This document shows positions 29,105 through 38,989 of a DNA stretch of 64,000 nucleotides, piece by piece. Source of the DNA: Bdellovibrionales bacterium (GTDB taxonomy: Bacteria > Bdellovibrionota > Bdellovibrionia > Bdellovibrionales > JAGQZY01); contig CAXRHT010000003.1 in NCBI GenBank assembly GCA_964230645.1, forward strand, positions 352,001-416,000, in the 5' to 3' direction. The translations under genes and the position numbers were made by a program. Positions within the stretch are counted from its first letter, which is position 1. Every line of letters begins with the position of its first letter. The notes beneath the pieces are model-generated. The model did not search any database. It saw only the letters and a list, made by a program, of their open reading frames with translations, and was not told the origin of the DNA.

Positions 29105-29159
29105 AGGTCCTTCGGCTTCGCCTCAGGACGACAGTTTGAGCTTGTGCCTCAGGAAGACA
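29105..29159. repeat. Palindromic intergenic repeat, half copy plus partial duplicate
   Basis: AGGTCCTTCGGCTTCGCCTCAGGACGACA (29105-29133) resembles the right arm of the 49099-49151 hairpin. A second partial copy, GCCTCAGGAAGACA, lies at 29146-29159. Confidence 0.6.
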
Positions 29160-29173
29160 TTGGGCTTTTGTGG

Positions 29174-31414
29174 CTAGTCGATTGTGACTTCAATGACTCG
29201 TCTGTTCGGTGAAGTGATGGGCTCTACCAATTCATAGAGGACAGCCAATTCATGAGGGATGGTATAGTCAGCTTCTCCGCTCTCTTCATCAAAAGTCGAG
29301 AAGAAACCTCTTTCTACTCTTAATTCCTCACGATTATTTTCCATATAATTGATCTGATTCGATCTTTCAGGAGTCGCCATGGCTAGAAGATAATTCATAT
29401 AGTCGTTGTCTTCACATCCATAAAGGTGGGGCATCACTCGTACAGCCCCCTCTTTTATGGTCGCATTCTGTCCGTCGTGCTCCACATTTCTTCCCTGCGA
29501 TAAAAGAGCGACACCAATATAGCGAGTGATCCCAGAATAAGTATCCAGATTGAGGCCGGTCTCCTCCATGATGGGTTTCACGCGATCTTCCCAGCGGTAG
29601 GATTCTTGGGTGACAAACACTTTGTCCTCTCTGAATTCGCATTGAGTCGAGTGAGCCAACTCAATTTTTGCAGCGTACTCGGCGATGATCGTTCCCATTT
29701 CATCTCTATTAATTATTTTAGCGTCTAAATCGGGTTCGAGAGATTTGGGGAAAGCTGTCGGATCATTATCGAGAGTTTTATCAAAGATTTTTCCAGAAAT
29801 AAGTTCGTAGTCTTTACCGTAATCTTCAATATAAGAGCGATTGCCATAGACCGCTTCACCATCGACCACCACTAAGTTTATTTCTTGGGCTTGAACATGT
29901 CGAACGAGGTTCGTGTGGGGATTGGTGTCGGTGATTCTTGTGGCTATCAAAGTCCCCATGGCACCTACTTCAAGAGTTCCCACTCCGTGTTCGTCCTCGT
30001 TTTCAAACCCATAGTGGTTCATAATTTTAGCGGAGTTTTTTGTGACCATGTCATAAAGAGCCTCATCGCTCAGTGGGATTCCTGAAAACTCGAGGTAATC
30101 GGCCGCCACTCGAAGTTCTTCAAGTACACTTTTTGAACCTGTGGGGGTCCAATCAGAGCCCAGAGCGATTGTAACACCCGCTTCAATGGCCGCTTTGATA
30201 TCCACTGTTTCTCCGTAGAGAAGAAAGTTTGAATAAGGAGACCAAACCAATCCCATGTTGTTAGCCGCCATATGTTCGAAGTCTTCTTTTTTAAGACCAT
30301 TTCCATGAATGAAGTTCATTCCGTCACGAGCAAGTCCTGCTAACTTTAACAATTGAAATTCTACCCAAGTTTCTGGATCAAGACGTCGGCCTTCTGCTAA
30401 GTGGGTAATAATGGCCCCTTTTTGAGGGTCATCTAGATATTCGTTGCGACTGACGATTTGTTTGTGAGGTAGGTTTCCAAATTTTTCCGTGAGGAAAAGG
30501 ATCATTTCCTTTTTGTTCTCAACACCGGGACAGGCTTGGGCCAAAGTGTCCTCTGATGCTAGTAACCAATCAACAGCCAAATCAGAGGCGACATTGTCGA
30601 CCACCCATTGAGGGACCAAGGGTCTTACTGTCTCTGCCTCAACATGAGTTTCTATTTCGCTTAATGTTCGCTCGGTCACTTCACACCGGGTGGCTAGAAA
30701 TTGACTAAGGGACTGTTTATAGCAATCAAAAGTTCCTTGGCAGCCTTTTTCGATCATGATTGGTCGAAGCATATTCCAGAGGAAGCTCCACTTAAATGGA
30801 TCTATGATATCTCCACTGGATTGTATAGAGGATCTCTCCGAAACAAAGGCGTGGCGATCTTCCACGGAATGAATCGCAAAGTTTTTATGATTGTAAATGG
30901 TTCCCTGCAAATAGGTAGTTCCAAGTACCATGGCTTGAAGTTCAGACCAGCGGTAGGCGGCCACTTGCGAGGCTGTGGCTCCGGACCAAGGGTTCATATT
31001 ATTACTTTGAACTGTTTGGTATTCATTGGAGTCTTGGCGCCACTCAAAACGATTGGCAAATCTTCCAAGCGCTGAGGTCCAAGTCGGGAGCATGTTTTGT
31101 TTGTTGTGGCCGTGAAGGTCGATCAAGCCAGGATAGATGGCGTCGAATTCTCCGGTTTCAGGATTCATTAGTACTATTGAACGATCGGCTGTGGCTTTAA
31201 GATCCTCAACTTCGGAGGATTCAAAAGTTCCAATTTCTGTGATCAGGCGATCTTCCATGCGAATGTAGCCCTGGGAAAAATGATCACTGCTTCGTCCCTC
31301 CAGATACTGACCAGGAATGTGGCCGATAACAATCAAGCTCTCGGCTTGAGCCTTCAAGGCGGCTAAAAAGACGATGAGTGTGGTGACTAAAAAATTGAAA
31401 CTTTTTTTATTCAA
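29174..31414 (-). CDS. Secreted metal-dependent amidohydrolase-superfamily protein
   Basis: Signal peptide (..AAL.AQA); PGLIDLHGH, HLAEG, IHG, WSP.SN..LYG and ALGSDW motifs; GGGAGG RBS before TTG. Confidence 0.85.
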   Translation of the reverse strand: MNKKSFNFLVTTLIVFLAALKAQAESLIVIGHIPGQYLEGRSSDHFSQGYIRMEDRLITEIGTFESSEVEDLKATADRSIVLMNPETGEFDAIYPGLIDLHGHNKQNMLPTWTSALGRFANRFEWRQDSNEYQTVQSNNMNPWSGATASQVAAYRWSELQAMVLGTTYLQGTIYNHKNFAIHSVEDRHAFVSERSSIQSSGDIIDPFKWSFLWNMLRPIMIEKGCQGTFDCYKQSLSQFLATRCEVTERTLSEIETHVEAETVRPLVPQWVVDNVASDLAVDWLLASEDTLAQACPGVENKKEMILFLTEKFGNLPHKQIVSRNEYLDDPQKGAIITHLAEGRRLDPETWVEFQLLKLAGLARDGMNFIHGNGLKKEDFEHMAANNMGLVWSPYSNFLLYGETVDIKAAIEAGVTIALGSDWTPTGSKSVLEELRVAADYLEFSGIPLSDEALYDMVTKNSAKIMNHYGFENEDEHGVGTLEVGAMGTLIATRITDTNPHTNLVRHVQAQEINLVVVDGEAVYGNRSYIEDYGKDYELISGKIFDKTLDNDPTAFPKSLEPDLDAKIINRDEMGTIIAEYAAKIELAHSTQCEFREDKVFVTQESYRWEDRVKPIMEETGLNLDTYSGITRYIGVALLSQGRNVEHDGQNATIKEGAVRVMPHLYGCEDNDYMNYLLAMATPERSNQINYMENNREELRVERGFFSTFDEESGEADYTIPHELAVLYELVEPITSPNRRVIEVTID

Positions 31415-31608
31415 AACAACCTCCCAAAGGCTTTCTTCGATGCGGCGGTTATAGCACTCTTTCTCAATACTTAGAGGTGCTATTAGGGAAATTGCAAAGC
31501 TTTCAGGGTTTTAAAAAAAATATGTAAAGAAAAGGGTGAGAAGGCCGTTTTTACTAACTCAAACCTGACAATAGTGGGATGGATCGAAAAGGAAGTGGCA
31601 TTATTTTA

Positions 31609-31983
31609 CTACTTTATTTCGTATTTGGTTTCTGCGGCATCAAAAATTTTAATAAGATCGGCTCCCTTTTTCTTACCTAGGGAAGTGATTTGAATCAGGT
31701 TTTTTCTACCGTCACTGGGAGCGAGCTTCTTGAGGATCAGGTTTTGACCTTCCAAACTTTTCAAGGAGTGACTAATCTGATCTTTCTTTAAGTGAAGACA
31801 TTGGGCCAATTCACTAGGGGTTGCTTGCCCTGAGTTTTCAAAGAAAAGAGCCAAAAGGACGAGGGCTTCGTTGAGGTTGAAATGCTTGGTTTTCAATTCC
31901 GTTTGTAAGCTTTTAAAATGAGAATGGTAATCCCAATAAAGCTGCATAAGGAGGCTGGTTTTCATAAACTGTTGAAATCTCAT
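31609..31983 (-). CDS. MarR-family transcriptional regulator
   Basis: Winged-HTH pattern TPSELAQCL.L.K.QIS.SLK.LE...LI, the D.R wing motif (SDGRK), IT..GK. Confidence 0.88.
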   Translation of the reverse strand: MRFQQFMKTSLLMQLYWDYHSHFKSLQTELKTKHFNLNEALVLLALFFENSGQATPSELAQCLHLKKDQISHSLKSLEGQNLILKKLAPSDGRKNLIQITSLGKKKGADLIKIFDAAETKYEIK

Positions 31984-32004
31984 GACAAGTAGTGATAGCG
32001 GAAT

Positions 32005-32039
32005 TAGTAGATGAAATCAATAGTTGAATTAATCAACTA
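32005..32039. promoter_or_regulatory. Candidate operator palindrome(s) between marR and bioB
   Basis: Perfect TAGTTGA-N5-TCAACTA at 32021-32039 and an overlapping degenerate copy, TAGTAGA-N5-TCAATAG, at 32005-32023. Confidence 0.6.
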
Positions 32040-32112
32040 AATGCACCTGAAACCCCTGAAATAACAGTGTTTTCCCTTGTTTTTTGGGCAATACCTTGGC
32101 AGAACATTCGCC

Positions 32113-33054
32113 ATGAAACGCTACAATATATCCCAAGCTTTAGAAATTTATCAGAAACCTTTTATGGATTTGCTCAATGAGGCCCATCAAACCCATAGAG
32201 CTCACCACAACCTCAACCACATTCAAAAGTGCACATTGCTTTCGATCAAGACGGGAGGGTGTCCCGAGAACTGTTCTTACTGTCCACAGTCGGCTCACTA
32301 TAAAACCAATCTCAAGAATCAAGGCCTACTCGACTTAGAAGAAGTGCAAAAGTCGATTGATGCCGCTAAAGAACAAGGGGCCGAACGCTTTTGTATGGGA
32401 GCGGCCTGGCGCGAAGTTCGTGATGGCAAACAATTTGACCAGGTTATTGAAATGGTCAAAAGAGTGAAAGACACCGGGATGGAAGCTTGTGTGACTCTCG
32501 GTATGCTCACTTTTGACCAAGCTAAGCGATTAAAAGAGGCCGGCCTTGATGCTTACAATCACAATTTGGATACGGGCCGAGAGTACTACGAAAAAATCAT
32601 TCAAACTCGAACTTATGATGATCGTATCAACACTATAAAAAATGTGAGCCAAGCTGGAATTCATGTCTGTAGTGGTGGAATTCTTGGGATGGGAGAAAGT
32701 GACGAAGACCGCTGCTCTATGCTTGTTGATCTTGCCAATATGGAACCTCAACCAGAATCTGTACCGATCAATTTGTTGATTCCAGTCGAAGGCACTCCAT
32801 TGGCTGATCAAATTGATGTGGACCCGCTGGAGTTAGTCCGAATGATCGCTACAGCAAGGATCATGATGCCTAAGGCTCGCATTCGACTCTCAGCAGGGCG
32901 AAAAGATATGAGTCGTGAAACTCAAACCCTCGCCTATTTTGCTGGAGCAAGCTCCATCTTCTTAGGCGACAAACTTTTAACCCGCGACAATCCAGAAGTC
33001 TCAGCCGATGAAAAACTCTTCAGTGATTTGGGAATGCAAGCACACCCGCAATGA
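32113..33054 (+). CDS. bioB: Biotin synthase
   Basis: KTGGCPENCSYCPQS (radical SAM), RFCMGAAWR, YNHNLDT, ESVPIN, RLSAGR. Start taken at ATG 32113. Confidence 0.97.
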   Translation: MKRYNISQALEIYQKPFMDLLNEAHQTHRAHHNLNHIQKCTLLSIKTGGCPENCSYCPQSAHYKTNLKNQGLLDLEEVQKSIDAAKEQGAERFCMGAAWREVRDGKQFDQVIEMVKRVKDTGMEACVTLGMLTFDQAKRLKEAGLDAYNHNLDTGREYYEKIIQTRTYDDRINTIKNVSQAGIHVCSGGILGMGESDEDRCSMLVDLANMEPQPESVPINLLIPVEGTPLADQIDVDPLELVRMIATARIMMPKARIRLSAGRKDMSRETQTLAYFAGASSIFLGDKLLTRDNPEVSADEKLFSDLGMQAHPQ

Positions 33055-34205
33055 TGATTGATTTTGAAAAATTCGTTTTTCAACAAACGCAAGAGCTTAA
33101 AGCTAAGGACTTACATAGGGAACTCAAAGCCCCCCAAGGGGTGGACTTCTGTTCCAATGACTATCTGGGTTTAAGCGAAAACAAAAAATTAAAATCTCTT
33201 TACCTAAAGAACTTAGAAGGACTTCCTATGGGAAGTACCGGCTCCAGGCTGTTACGTGGTAACTCGGATTCTTTTAATCGTTTGGAAAGCCGTTTGGCGC
33301 AATTTTCTGGACAAGAGGGAGCTCTTTATTTCTCCTCAGGTTATCAGGCCAATTTGGGTCTGTTTTCCTGTCTTTTAAAAAATCAAGCGGTGGTCTTTTC
33401 TGATGAGTCGATCCATGCTTCCATAATTGACGGCATAAGACTTTCAGGCTGTGAAAAATATATTTGGACTCACAATGATCTGGGTGAACTTGAGATGCTT
33501 CTCAGGCAAAAAGCTCAAGACGATAAACTTAATCTTGTTGTGGTCGAAAGTATTTACAGCATGCAAGGTGACTTTGCTCCACTCACAGAGCTTGTGAGCT
33601 TGTGCCAGAGGTACAATGCCTATCTGATCGTGGATGAGGCCCATGCCACTGGTTTATTTGGTAAAACCGGAGCGGGCCGAGTTGAAGAGCTGAATTTACC
33701 AAAAGAAGTTTTAGCCACCATTCACACGGCTGGTAAAGCCATGGGAGTGGCCGGAGCTTGGATAGCAGGATCTAAGAGTTTAATAGAGCTCTTAATAAAT
33801 CAGTGCCGACCCTTTATATACACTACGGCTCCGGCGTATTTTCAACAAGCGGCCATCAACGCTTCCCTTGAGTTTTTGGAGCAAGAGGGGGGCTCCCTTC
33901 GCGAGAATTTTTTTAAACAATTAGAAAAGTTTCAAACCTCTCTTTTTAAAATCGCTGAAGCTCACCAGTTAGAAGTCTCAGGAAGAGGTGGGCCGGTGAC
34001 CTCTCTTGTTTTAAAAGATAACAGCTTGGCTCTGAAAGTAATGAACACCATGGCTGAAAACGCCATGGATGTCAGGGCCATTCGTCCACCGACAGTGCCT
34101 GAGGGGCGCGCTCAGCTTCGCATCACTTTGCCTCTTTCCAGAAACCAAGAGGAGATCGATCGTTTTATAAACAAGCTCTCCGAAATCCTGGAGAAAAACC
34201 TATGA
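33051..34205 (+). CDS. bioF: 8-amino-7-oxononanoate synthase
   Basis: FCSNDYLGL, GSTGSRLL, SGYQAN, HASIIDG, VDEAH, T.GKA.G, IRPPTVP; ATGA overlap with bioB. Confidence 0.95.
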   Translation: MMIDFEKFVFQQTQELKAKDLHRELKAPQGVDFCSNDYLGLSENKKLKSLYLKNLEGLPMGSTGSRLLRGNSDSFNRLESRLAQFSGQEGALYFSSGYQANLGLFSCLLKNQAVVFSDESIHASIIDGIRLSGCEKYIWTHNDLGELEMLLRQKAQDDKLNLVVVESIYSMQGDFAPLTELVSLCQRYNAYLIVDEAHATGLFGKTGAGRVEELNLPKEVLATIHTAGKAMGVAGAWIAGSKSLIELLINQCRPFIYTTAPAYFQQAAINASLEFLEQEGGSLRENFFKQLEKFQTSLFKIAEAHQLEVSGRGGPVTSLVLKDNSLALKVMNTMAENAMDVRAIRPPTVPEGRAQLRITLPLSRNQEEIDRFINKLSEILEKNL

Positions 34206-36148
34206 GGGGAGTTTTTGTTACTGGCACGGACACAGATATCGGCAAAACCTTCTTTTCGGCTTTTTTATCTTTTTATCTTTCGTTTGAAGAGAAGCTGACT
34301 TACTTCAAGCCGATTCAAGCGGGAGCTCCTTTAGATCAAGATTTCGTTAAATCAATTTGTGGCAACCGGATTGAGTATAGAAACTCTACCTACCTCTTAA
34401 AAAAACCGGCCTCACCTGATCGCTCCGCCTTCGAAGAAAATATTGAAATTGATTTATCAGAGATTGAAGAAGGCTTTAAACAGATCGAAACTCCTTTCAC
34501 TGTTGTAGAGGGGGCGGGGGGGCTTCTTGTTCCCTTAAATAAAGATCAAACGGTTGTTGATCTGGTACGAAAACTAGAGATACCGGCCATCGTAGTAACC
34601 TCCGGTCGTCTTGGCACCATCAATCATACCTTTCTGACGTTAAATGCGTTGAAGAACCAAGGGATTTCATGTCATGGGATCGTTATATGTGGAGAAGAGG
34701 ACCCAGAATTAGAAGCCTATTTCCAAGACAAATTGGATGTTCCCGTTTTGTTGAGACTGCCTCATTTCGAAGAAATCAGCCCCGAGGCCTTCACCAACTT
34801 TATTGAAAAGAATCACAGTAAGTTACAGACTTTAAAAACCACAATACTCGAAGACAAAAACCCCGCCGAAGATCACACTAAGCTTCAGGATAAAGACAAA
34901 AAATTTGTGTGGCATCCTTTTACTCAACACGGGATTGTTAAAGATCATCCGGTTGTTAGAAAGGGAGCAGGGTCCTATCTTTATTTTGATAAGCGAAAAG
35001 TGATTGATGGTATTTCCTCTTGGTGGGTTAATCTTTTTGGTCATTCTAATCCGGAACTGGCTCGGTCCATTAAGTCTCAAGTCGATGAGCTTGAGCATGT
35101 GATTTTCGCTGGTTTCACTCATAAGCCTGCCATTGAGCTCTCCGAAAAATTAGTGAATATGACTCGAGAATCGGGCGCTGAGCTAGATAAAGTTTTTTAC
35201 TCTGATAATGGTTCAACCTGCGTGGAAGTCGCTTTGAAAATGAGCTACCAATACTTTCAACAAAGTCCGACACCCAGTAAAAAACGCTTTCTAGCCTTAA
35301 ATGGCTCCTATCACGGTGATACCTTGGGAGCGATGTCGGTGGGGGAGAGAAAAGGTTTCAACGAAGTCTTCACCTCTCTTATGTTCGACGTTGATTTTGT
35401 GAATCCTTTTGATCTGGAAGAATTACGATCTTGTTTAGAGAAAAATGGAGAACAGTACGCCGGTGTCATTGTTGAGCCGATGATTCAAGGGGCGTCGGGA
35501 ATGAGGATGTATTCCTCAGAGGTCCTTGATTTAATTGAAGCCAAGAAAAGAGAGCTTGGGTATTTGGTGATTTGTGATGAAGTCTTTACCGGCTTTTATC
35601 GTACTGGGAAAATGTTTGCTTTTGAACACAGTGGGTTGCGGCCCGATTTCCTTTGTCTATCAAAAGGTTTAACCGGTGGATTTCTCCCACTGGCTGCCAC
35701 ATTAGTTTCCGATAGGATTTATGAAGCATTTTACAATGAGGACATGAGAAAAGCCTTTCTGCATGGACACTCCTACACGGCTAATCCAATGGCTTGCGCG
35801 GTGGCTAGTAAAACAATGGATCTTTTGAAAACAAAAGAAACTCAAGAGAAGATCGAACAAATTTCCCAGTGGACCCGTGATTGTTTGGCAAATTTAGAGG
35901 GAGTGTCGGGTGTCAGTAACGTAAGGCAGCTAGGAACTATTGGTGCTATGGAAATCAATGGAGAAGATCCCAATTATTTTAAAGGGGATTTTGCCTACCA
36001 AGTGATGAGAAAGTCCATTGATAGAGGAGTACTCCTGAGGCCCCTTGGTGGGACACTTTATGCTGTTCCTCCTTATTGTGTCACAAAATCAGAATTAGAA
36101 AAAATTTATGAGACGATGAAAGACCTTATAACAAAGGATTTACCATGA
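34202..36148 (+). CDS. bioDA: Fused dethiobiotin synthetase / DAPA aminotransferase
   Basis: N-terminal BioD (FVTGTDTDIGKT, KPIQ.G, VEGAGG, LGTINHT) and C-terminal BioA (VWHPFTQ, SSWW, DNGS..VE, YHGDT, DEV.TGF.RTG, SKGLTGG) in one 648-aa ORF. Confidence 0.95.
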   Translation: MRGVFVTGTDTDIGKTFFSAFLSFYLSFEEKLTYFKPIQAGAPLDQDFVKSICGNRIEYRNSTYLLKKPASPDRSAFEENIEIDLSEIEEGFKQIETPFTVVEGAGGLLVPLNKDQTVVDLVRKLEIPAIVVTSGRLGTINHTFLTLNALKNQGISCHGIVICGEEDPELEAYFQDKLDVPVLLRLPHFEEISPEAFTNFIEKNHSKLQTLKTTILEDKNPAEDHTKLQDKDKKFVWHPFTQHGIVKDHPVVRKGAGSYLYFDKRKVIDGISSWWVNLFGHSNPELARSIKSQVDELEHVIFAGFTHKPAIELSEKLVNMTRESGAELDKVFYSDNGSTCVEVALKMSYQYFQQSPTPSKKRFLALNGSYHGDTLGAMSVGERKGFNEVFTSLMFDVDFVNPFDLEELRSCLEKNGEQYAGVIVEPMIQGASGMRMYSSEVLDLIEAKKRELGYLVICDEVFTGFYRTGKMFAFEHSGLRPDFLCLSKGLTGGFLPLAATLVSDRIYEAFYNEDMRKAFLHGHSYTANPMACAVASKTMDLLKTKETQEKIEQISQWTRDCLANLEGVSGVSNVRQLGTIGAMEINGEDPNYFKGDFAYQVMRKSIDRGVLLRPLGGTLYAVPPYCVTKSELEKIYETMKDLITKDLP

Positions 36149-36786
36149 TGTATTGGAAGCAAGTATTAAGCGAGTTGGTAAAACACAATGAGCTTCATGC
36201 GAAGTTCCTCAATACCATTAGCTTGATGGAATATATGGGAGCTCGAAAAATTGTAAAGAGTCAGTTGGAAAAGAATGTGGATTCGGAAGTATTAGCCCAT
36301 ATGACGGAAGAAATTCGACATGCCCAAATTTTTAAGAAAATGGCTCTCAAATTAAGTGATAAAAAGCTCAAGACTTATGATGATGAGTACCTGTTGGCCG
36401 GACCAGCGGGGAGAGCTTATATTCAATCTGTAGATCAGTCCATAAGTGCAGTGCTTCAAGGGCAAAACTCTTATTTGAATTATCTCCTTTCCACCCTTCT
36501 GATTGAAGAGAGAGCCAACGAAGTTTATCCCTTCTACGAGAAACTGCTCGAGCCTTTTGGATTTGGGACCTATATTCGAGGAATTCTTCGAGAAGAGGAG
36601 AACCATCTAGAGCAAATTAAAGACCTTCTAGAAAAATCTCCCAGTTTTTCGTCACAAAAGTTGGATGCGCTCCGAATAATAGAGAAGAAGGCCTTTGATT
36701 TCTTGATCAGCGAAGTGGGACTTGCCCTTGATATGCAAGAAGGCTCTCAGGCTGATACAATGGCTGAGACTCGAGTTCTCAATTGA
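36145..36786 (+). CDS. Ferritin-like di-iron protein, BioE-like
   Basis: Di-iron ligand pattern E(MEYMGARK)...EEIRH...E(IEERA)...EEENH; ATGA overlap with bioDA. Confidence 0.75.
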   Translation: MMYWKQVLSELVKHNELHAKFLNTISLMEYMGARKIVKSQLEKNVDSEVLAHMTEEIRHAQIFKKMALKLSDKKLKTYDDEYLLAGPAGRAYIQSVDQSISAVLQGQNSYLNYLLSTLLIEERANEVYPFYEKLLEPFGFGTYIRGILREEENHLEQIKDLLEKSPSFSSQKLDALRIIEKKAFDFLISEVGLALDMQEGSQADTMAETRVLN

Positions 36787-36811
36787 AGGCTGGAGATTTA
36801 AGGAGTTTGAG

Positions 36812-37900
36812 ATGAAAAGTTGGATTGTTATTTTAGCCCTGTTTTGCTTCCCTTTTAGCCTTCAAGCTAAAGAGGAGAAAGCGACCTTTGCCGGTGGCTG
36901 TTTCTGGTGCATGGAGCCCCCCTTTGAAAAATTAAAAGGGGTGAAAACTGTGATTTCAGGCTATATGGGTGGCCACGTTAAACATCCAACCTATAAACAA
37001 GTTTCTAGTGGAAAATCAGGCCACCGCGAAGTGGTTCAAGTCACATACAATCCTGAGAAAGTAACTTATTTTGATCTTCTGCAAGTTTTCTGGAGAAATG
37101 TTAATCCAACGGATGCCGGTGGACAGTTTGTCGATCGAGGAGAGCAATACACCACAGCCATTTACTATCACACTCCAGAGCAGAAAAAGGTGGCGCAACA
37201 ATCCAAAGAATATATGGATAAAAACGGCCCCTTTAAAGAGAAAATAGTCACTCCCATTGTAAAAGCCAAGGATTTCTACGCGGCTGAACAATATCATCAA
37301 GATTACTACAAGAATAGTTTGATGAAATACAAGTATTATAGATACCGTTCCGGCCGCGACGACTACATCGAAGAAACTTGGGGCGACAAAAAGGAATACA
37401 AACCTGGTGATTTAAAGAGGTCAGACATGAAAGATTTAGCAAAGTATAAAAGACCATCCGATGAAAAGATTAAATCAATGCTCAATAAAATGCAGTACAA
37501 AGTGACCCAAAAAGAGGGGACTGAACCTCCGTTCAAAAATGAGTATTGGGATAATAAAAATGAAGGCATTTATGTGGATGTTGTCAGTGGTGAGCCCCTG
37601 TTTAGCTCCACTCACAAATATAAATCGGGTACCGGTTGGCCCTCTTTTTATAAACCTATTGATAAGGCATTTATCGTCGAAAAAGAGGACCGTAAACTGT
37701 TCAGCGTTCGAACAGAGATCCGCTCAAAGATTGGTGACTCCCATTTAGGTCATGTTTTTGATGATGGACCTGATCCCACTGGTTTACGTTACTGTATGAA
37801 TTCAGCCGCTCTTCGCTTTATACCCAAAGAAAAAATGCAAGAAGAGGGGTACGGAGAGTATCTCAAGCTTTTCGAAAAGCAGCCGGTAGCAACGAACTAA
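36812..37900 (+). CDS. msrAB: Exported bifunctional methionine sulfoxide reductase A/B
   Basis: AAGGAG RBS and signal peptide at ATG 36812; MsrA GGCFWC and AE.YHQDYY; MsrB GTE.PF, GWPSF, HLGHVF.DGP, RYCMNS. Confidence 0.95.
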   Translation: MKSWIVILALFCFPFSLQAKEEKATFAGGCFWCMEPPFEKLKGVKTVISGYMGGHVKHPTYKQVSSGKSGHREVVQVTYNPEKVTYFDLLQVFWRNVNPTDAGGQFVDRGEQYTTAIYYHTPEQKKVAQQSKEYMDKNGPFKEKIVTPIVKAKDFYAAEQYHQDYYKNSLMKYKYYRYRSGRDDYIEETWGDKKEYKPGDLKRSDMKDLAKYKRPSDEKIKSMLNKMQYKVTQKEGTEPPFKNEYWDNKNEGIYVDVVSGEPLFSSTHKYKSGTGWPSFYKPIDKAFIVEKEDRKLFSVRTEIRSKIGDSHLGHVFDDGPDPTGLRYCMNSAALRFIPKEKMQEEGYGEYLKLFEKQPVATN

Positions 37901-38013
37901 AAAGGGCAGTTCGCTCTCGGTTTGACAGAGCCAGGAACTTTCTACCAGACTCAGTTGTCCTCAAAACGACTAAATACTCTTGACTGTACGGCCAGGCCCA
38001 CTAAGTTAATGCG

Positions 38014-38811
38014 GTGACTTTACGAATTTTCTTATCCTCCATTGGAATCAGTTTTTTACTGTTCGTAGGCCTTGTTGTTTACTTTTTTGCCAGTCGAGAC
38101 ACTGAACCCGTTTCTTTTAGGAGCAGCGAGAATTCGGAACTCATCAAAGAGTTTCAAGAATCAAAAGTAAACTTCTCGCCACTTGCCACGAGCAAATACT
38201 CTTATGGTCTAAGCTCGGTTGCTACCAATCAGGGCGAACCGATAGATTGGTCCAAAGAAAACAAAGAGGTCAGTCAGTTTCTTCAGTTTTTGCAGAAAAC
38301 TGGTAAGAGGATACACCTTATTGTTGTACCAGGCTTTGTGCCGCCGACGGATGAGCCCATCCGACTCCATCGTTTCAATAAAGTGAGACTAAATATGGCG
38401 GTCAAAGAGATGAATCATAGCAAGACTGCGGTGGTTTTACTTTCAGGAGGTAACGTAAAGCCTGAAGGAACACCCTTCAATGAATCTATCGAGATGAAAA
38501 AGCGTCTAAAAGAGGTTCATGGGGTCCCTGAGTTTCGGATAGCCATCGATCCAAACGCACAGAATACAGTGACCAATTTTCGCAATGCCGGACGCTTTAT
38601 GTTGGCTCATGACATAGAAGAGGCTCGGGTGGTTACGACTTTTATCCAGAATTTTTACATCTCTTTTCCCGTGATGACTTTCTTTGAAACCCGTTCCCAG
38701 GATCTTCTTGGTTATGAAGTAGGAAATTTCTCCATGACGAGCCTAGGTACGAGCCAATTCAAACCCTCCCAGTCGGTCTTTGAAAAAGGCTCTGATCCTA
38801 AAGATCCTTAA
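38014..38811 (+). CDS. YdcF/DUF218 (SanA/ElyC-like) protein
   Basis: N-terminal TM; VVPG, RL, LLSGGNV.P.GT.FNE, A.NT.TN.RN motifs. Confidence 0.75.
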   Translation: MTLRIFLSSIGISFLLFVGLVVYFFASRDTEPVSFRSSENSELIKEFQESKVNFSPLATSKYSYGLSSVATNQGEPIDWSKENKEVSQFLQFLQKTGKRIHLIVVPGFVPPTDEPIRLHRFNKVRLNMAVKEMNHSKTAVVLLSGGNVKPEGTPFNESIEMKKRLKEVHGVPEFRIAIDPNAQNTVTNFRNAGRFMLAHDIEEARVVTTFIQNFYISFPVMTFFETRSQDLLGYEVGNFSMTSLGTSQFKPSQSVFEKGSDPKDP

Positions 38812-38989
38812 ATCCAATTTGAAGGTATAGGGTCTATTCAGAATACACACCTGCTTTGGTTCAGTGCCCTGACCACGAGGTTTTCTAGGATTTTCACGAA
38901 AACTACATATAAACTTCCGTTCTCAAATGGCCTAATTTAGGTTAATTTAAGACTTTAAAGAGCAACTATAAATTCTTTTAAGGGCATCC

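Noticed and set aside
28861..29139. 92-aa ORF
   Set aside because: It runs across the inverted-repeat element and the palindromic repeat, with no RBS or protein-like features.
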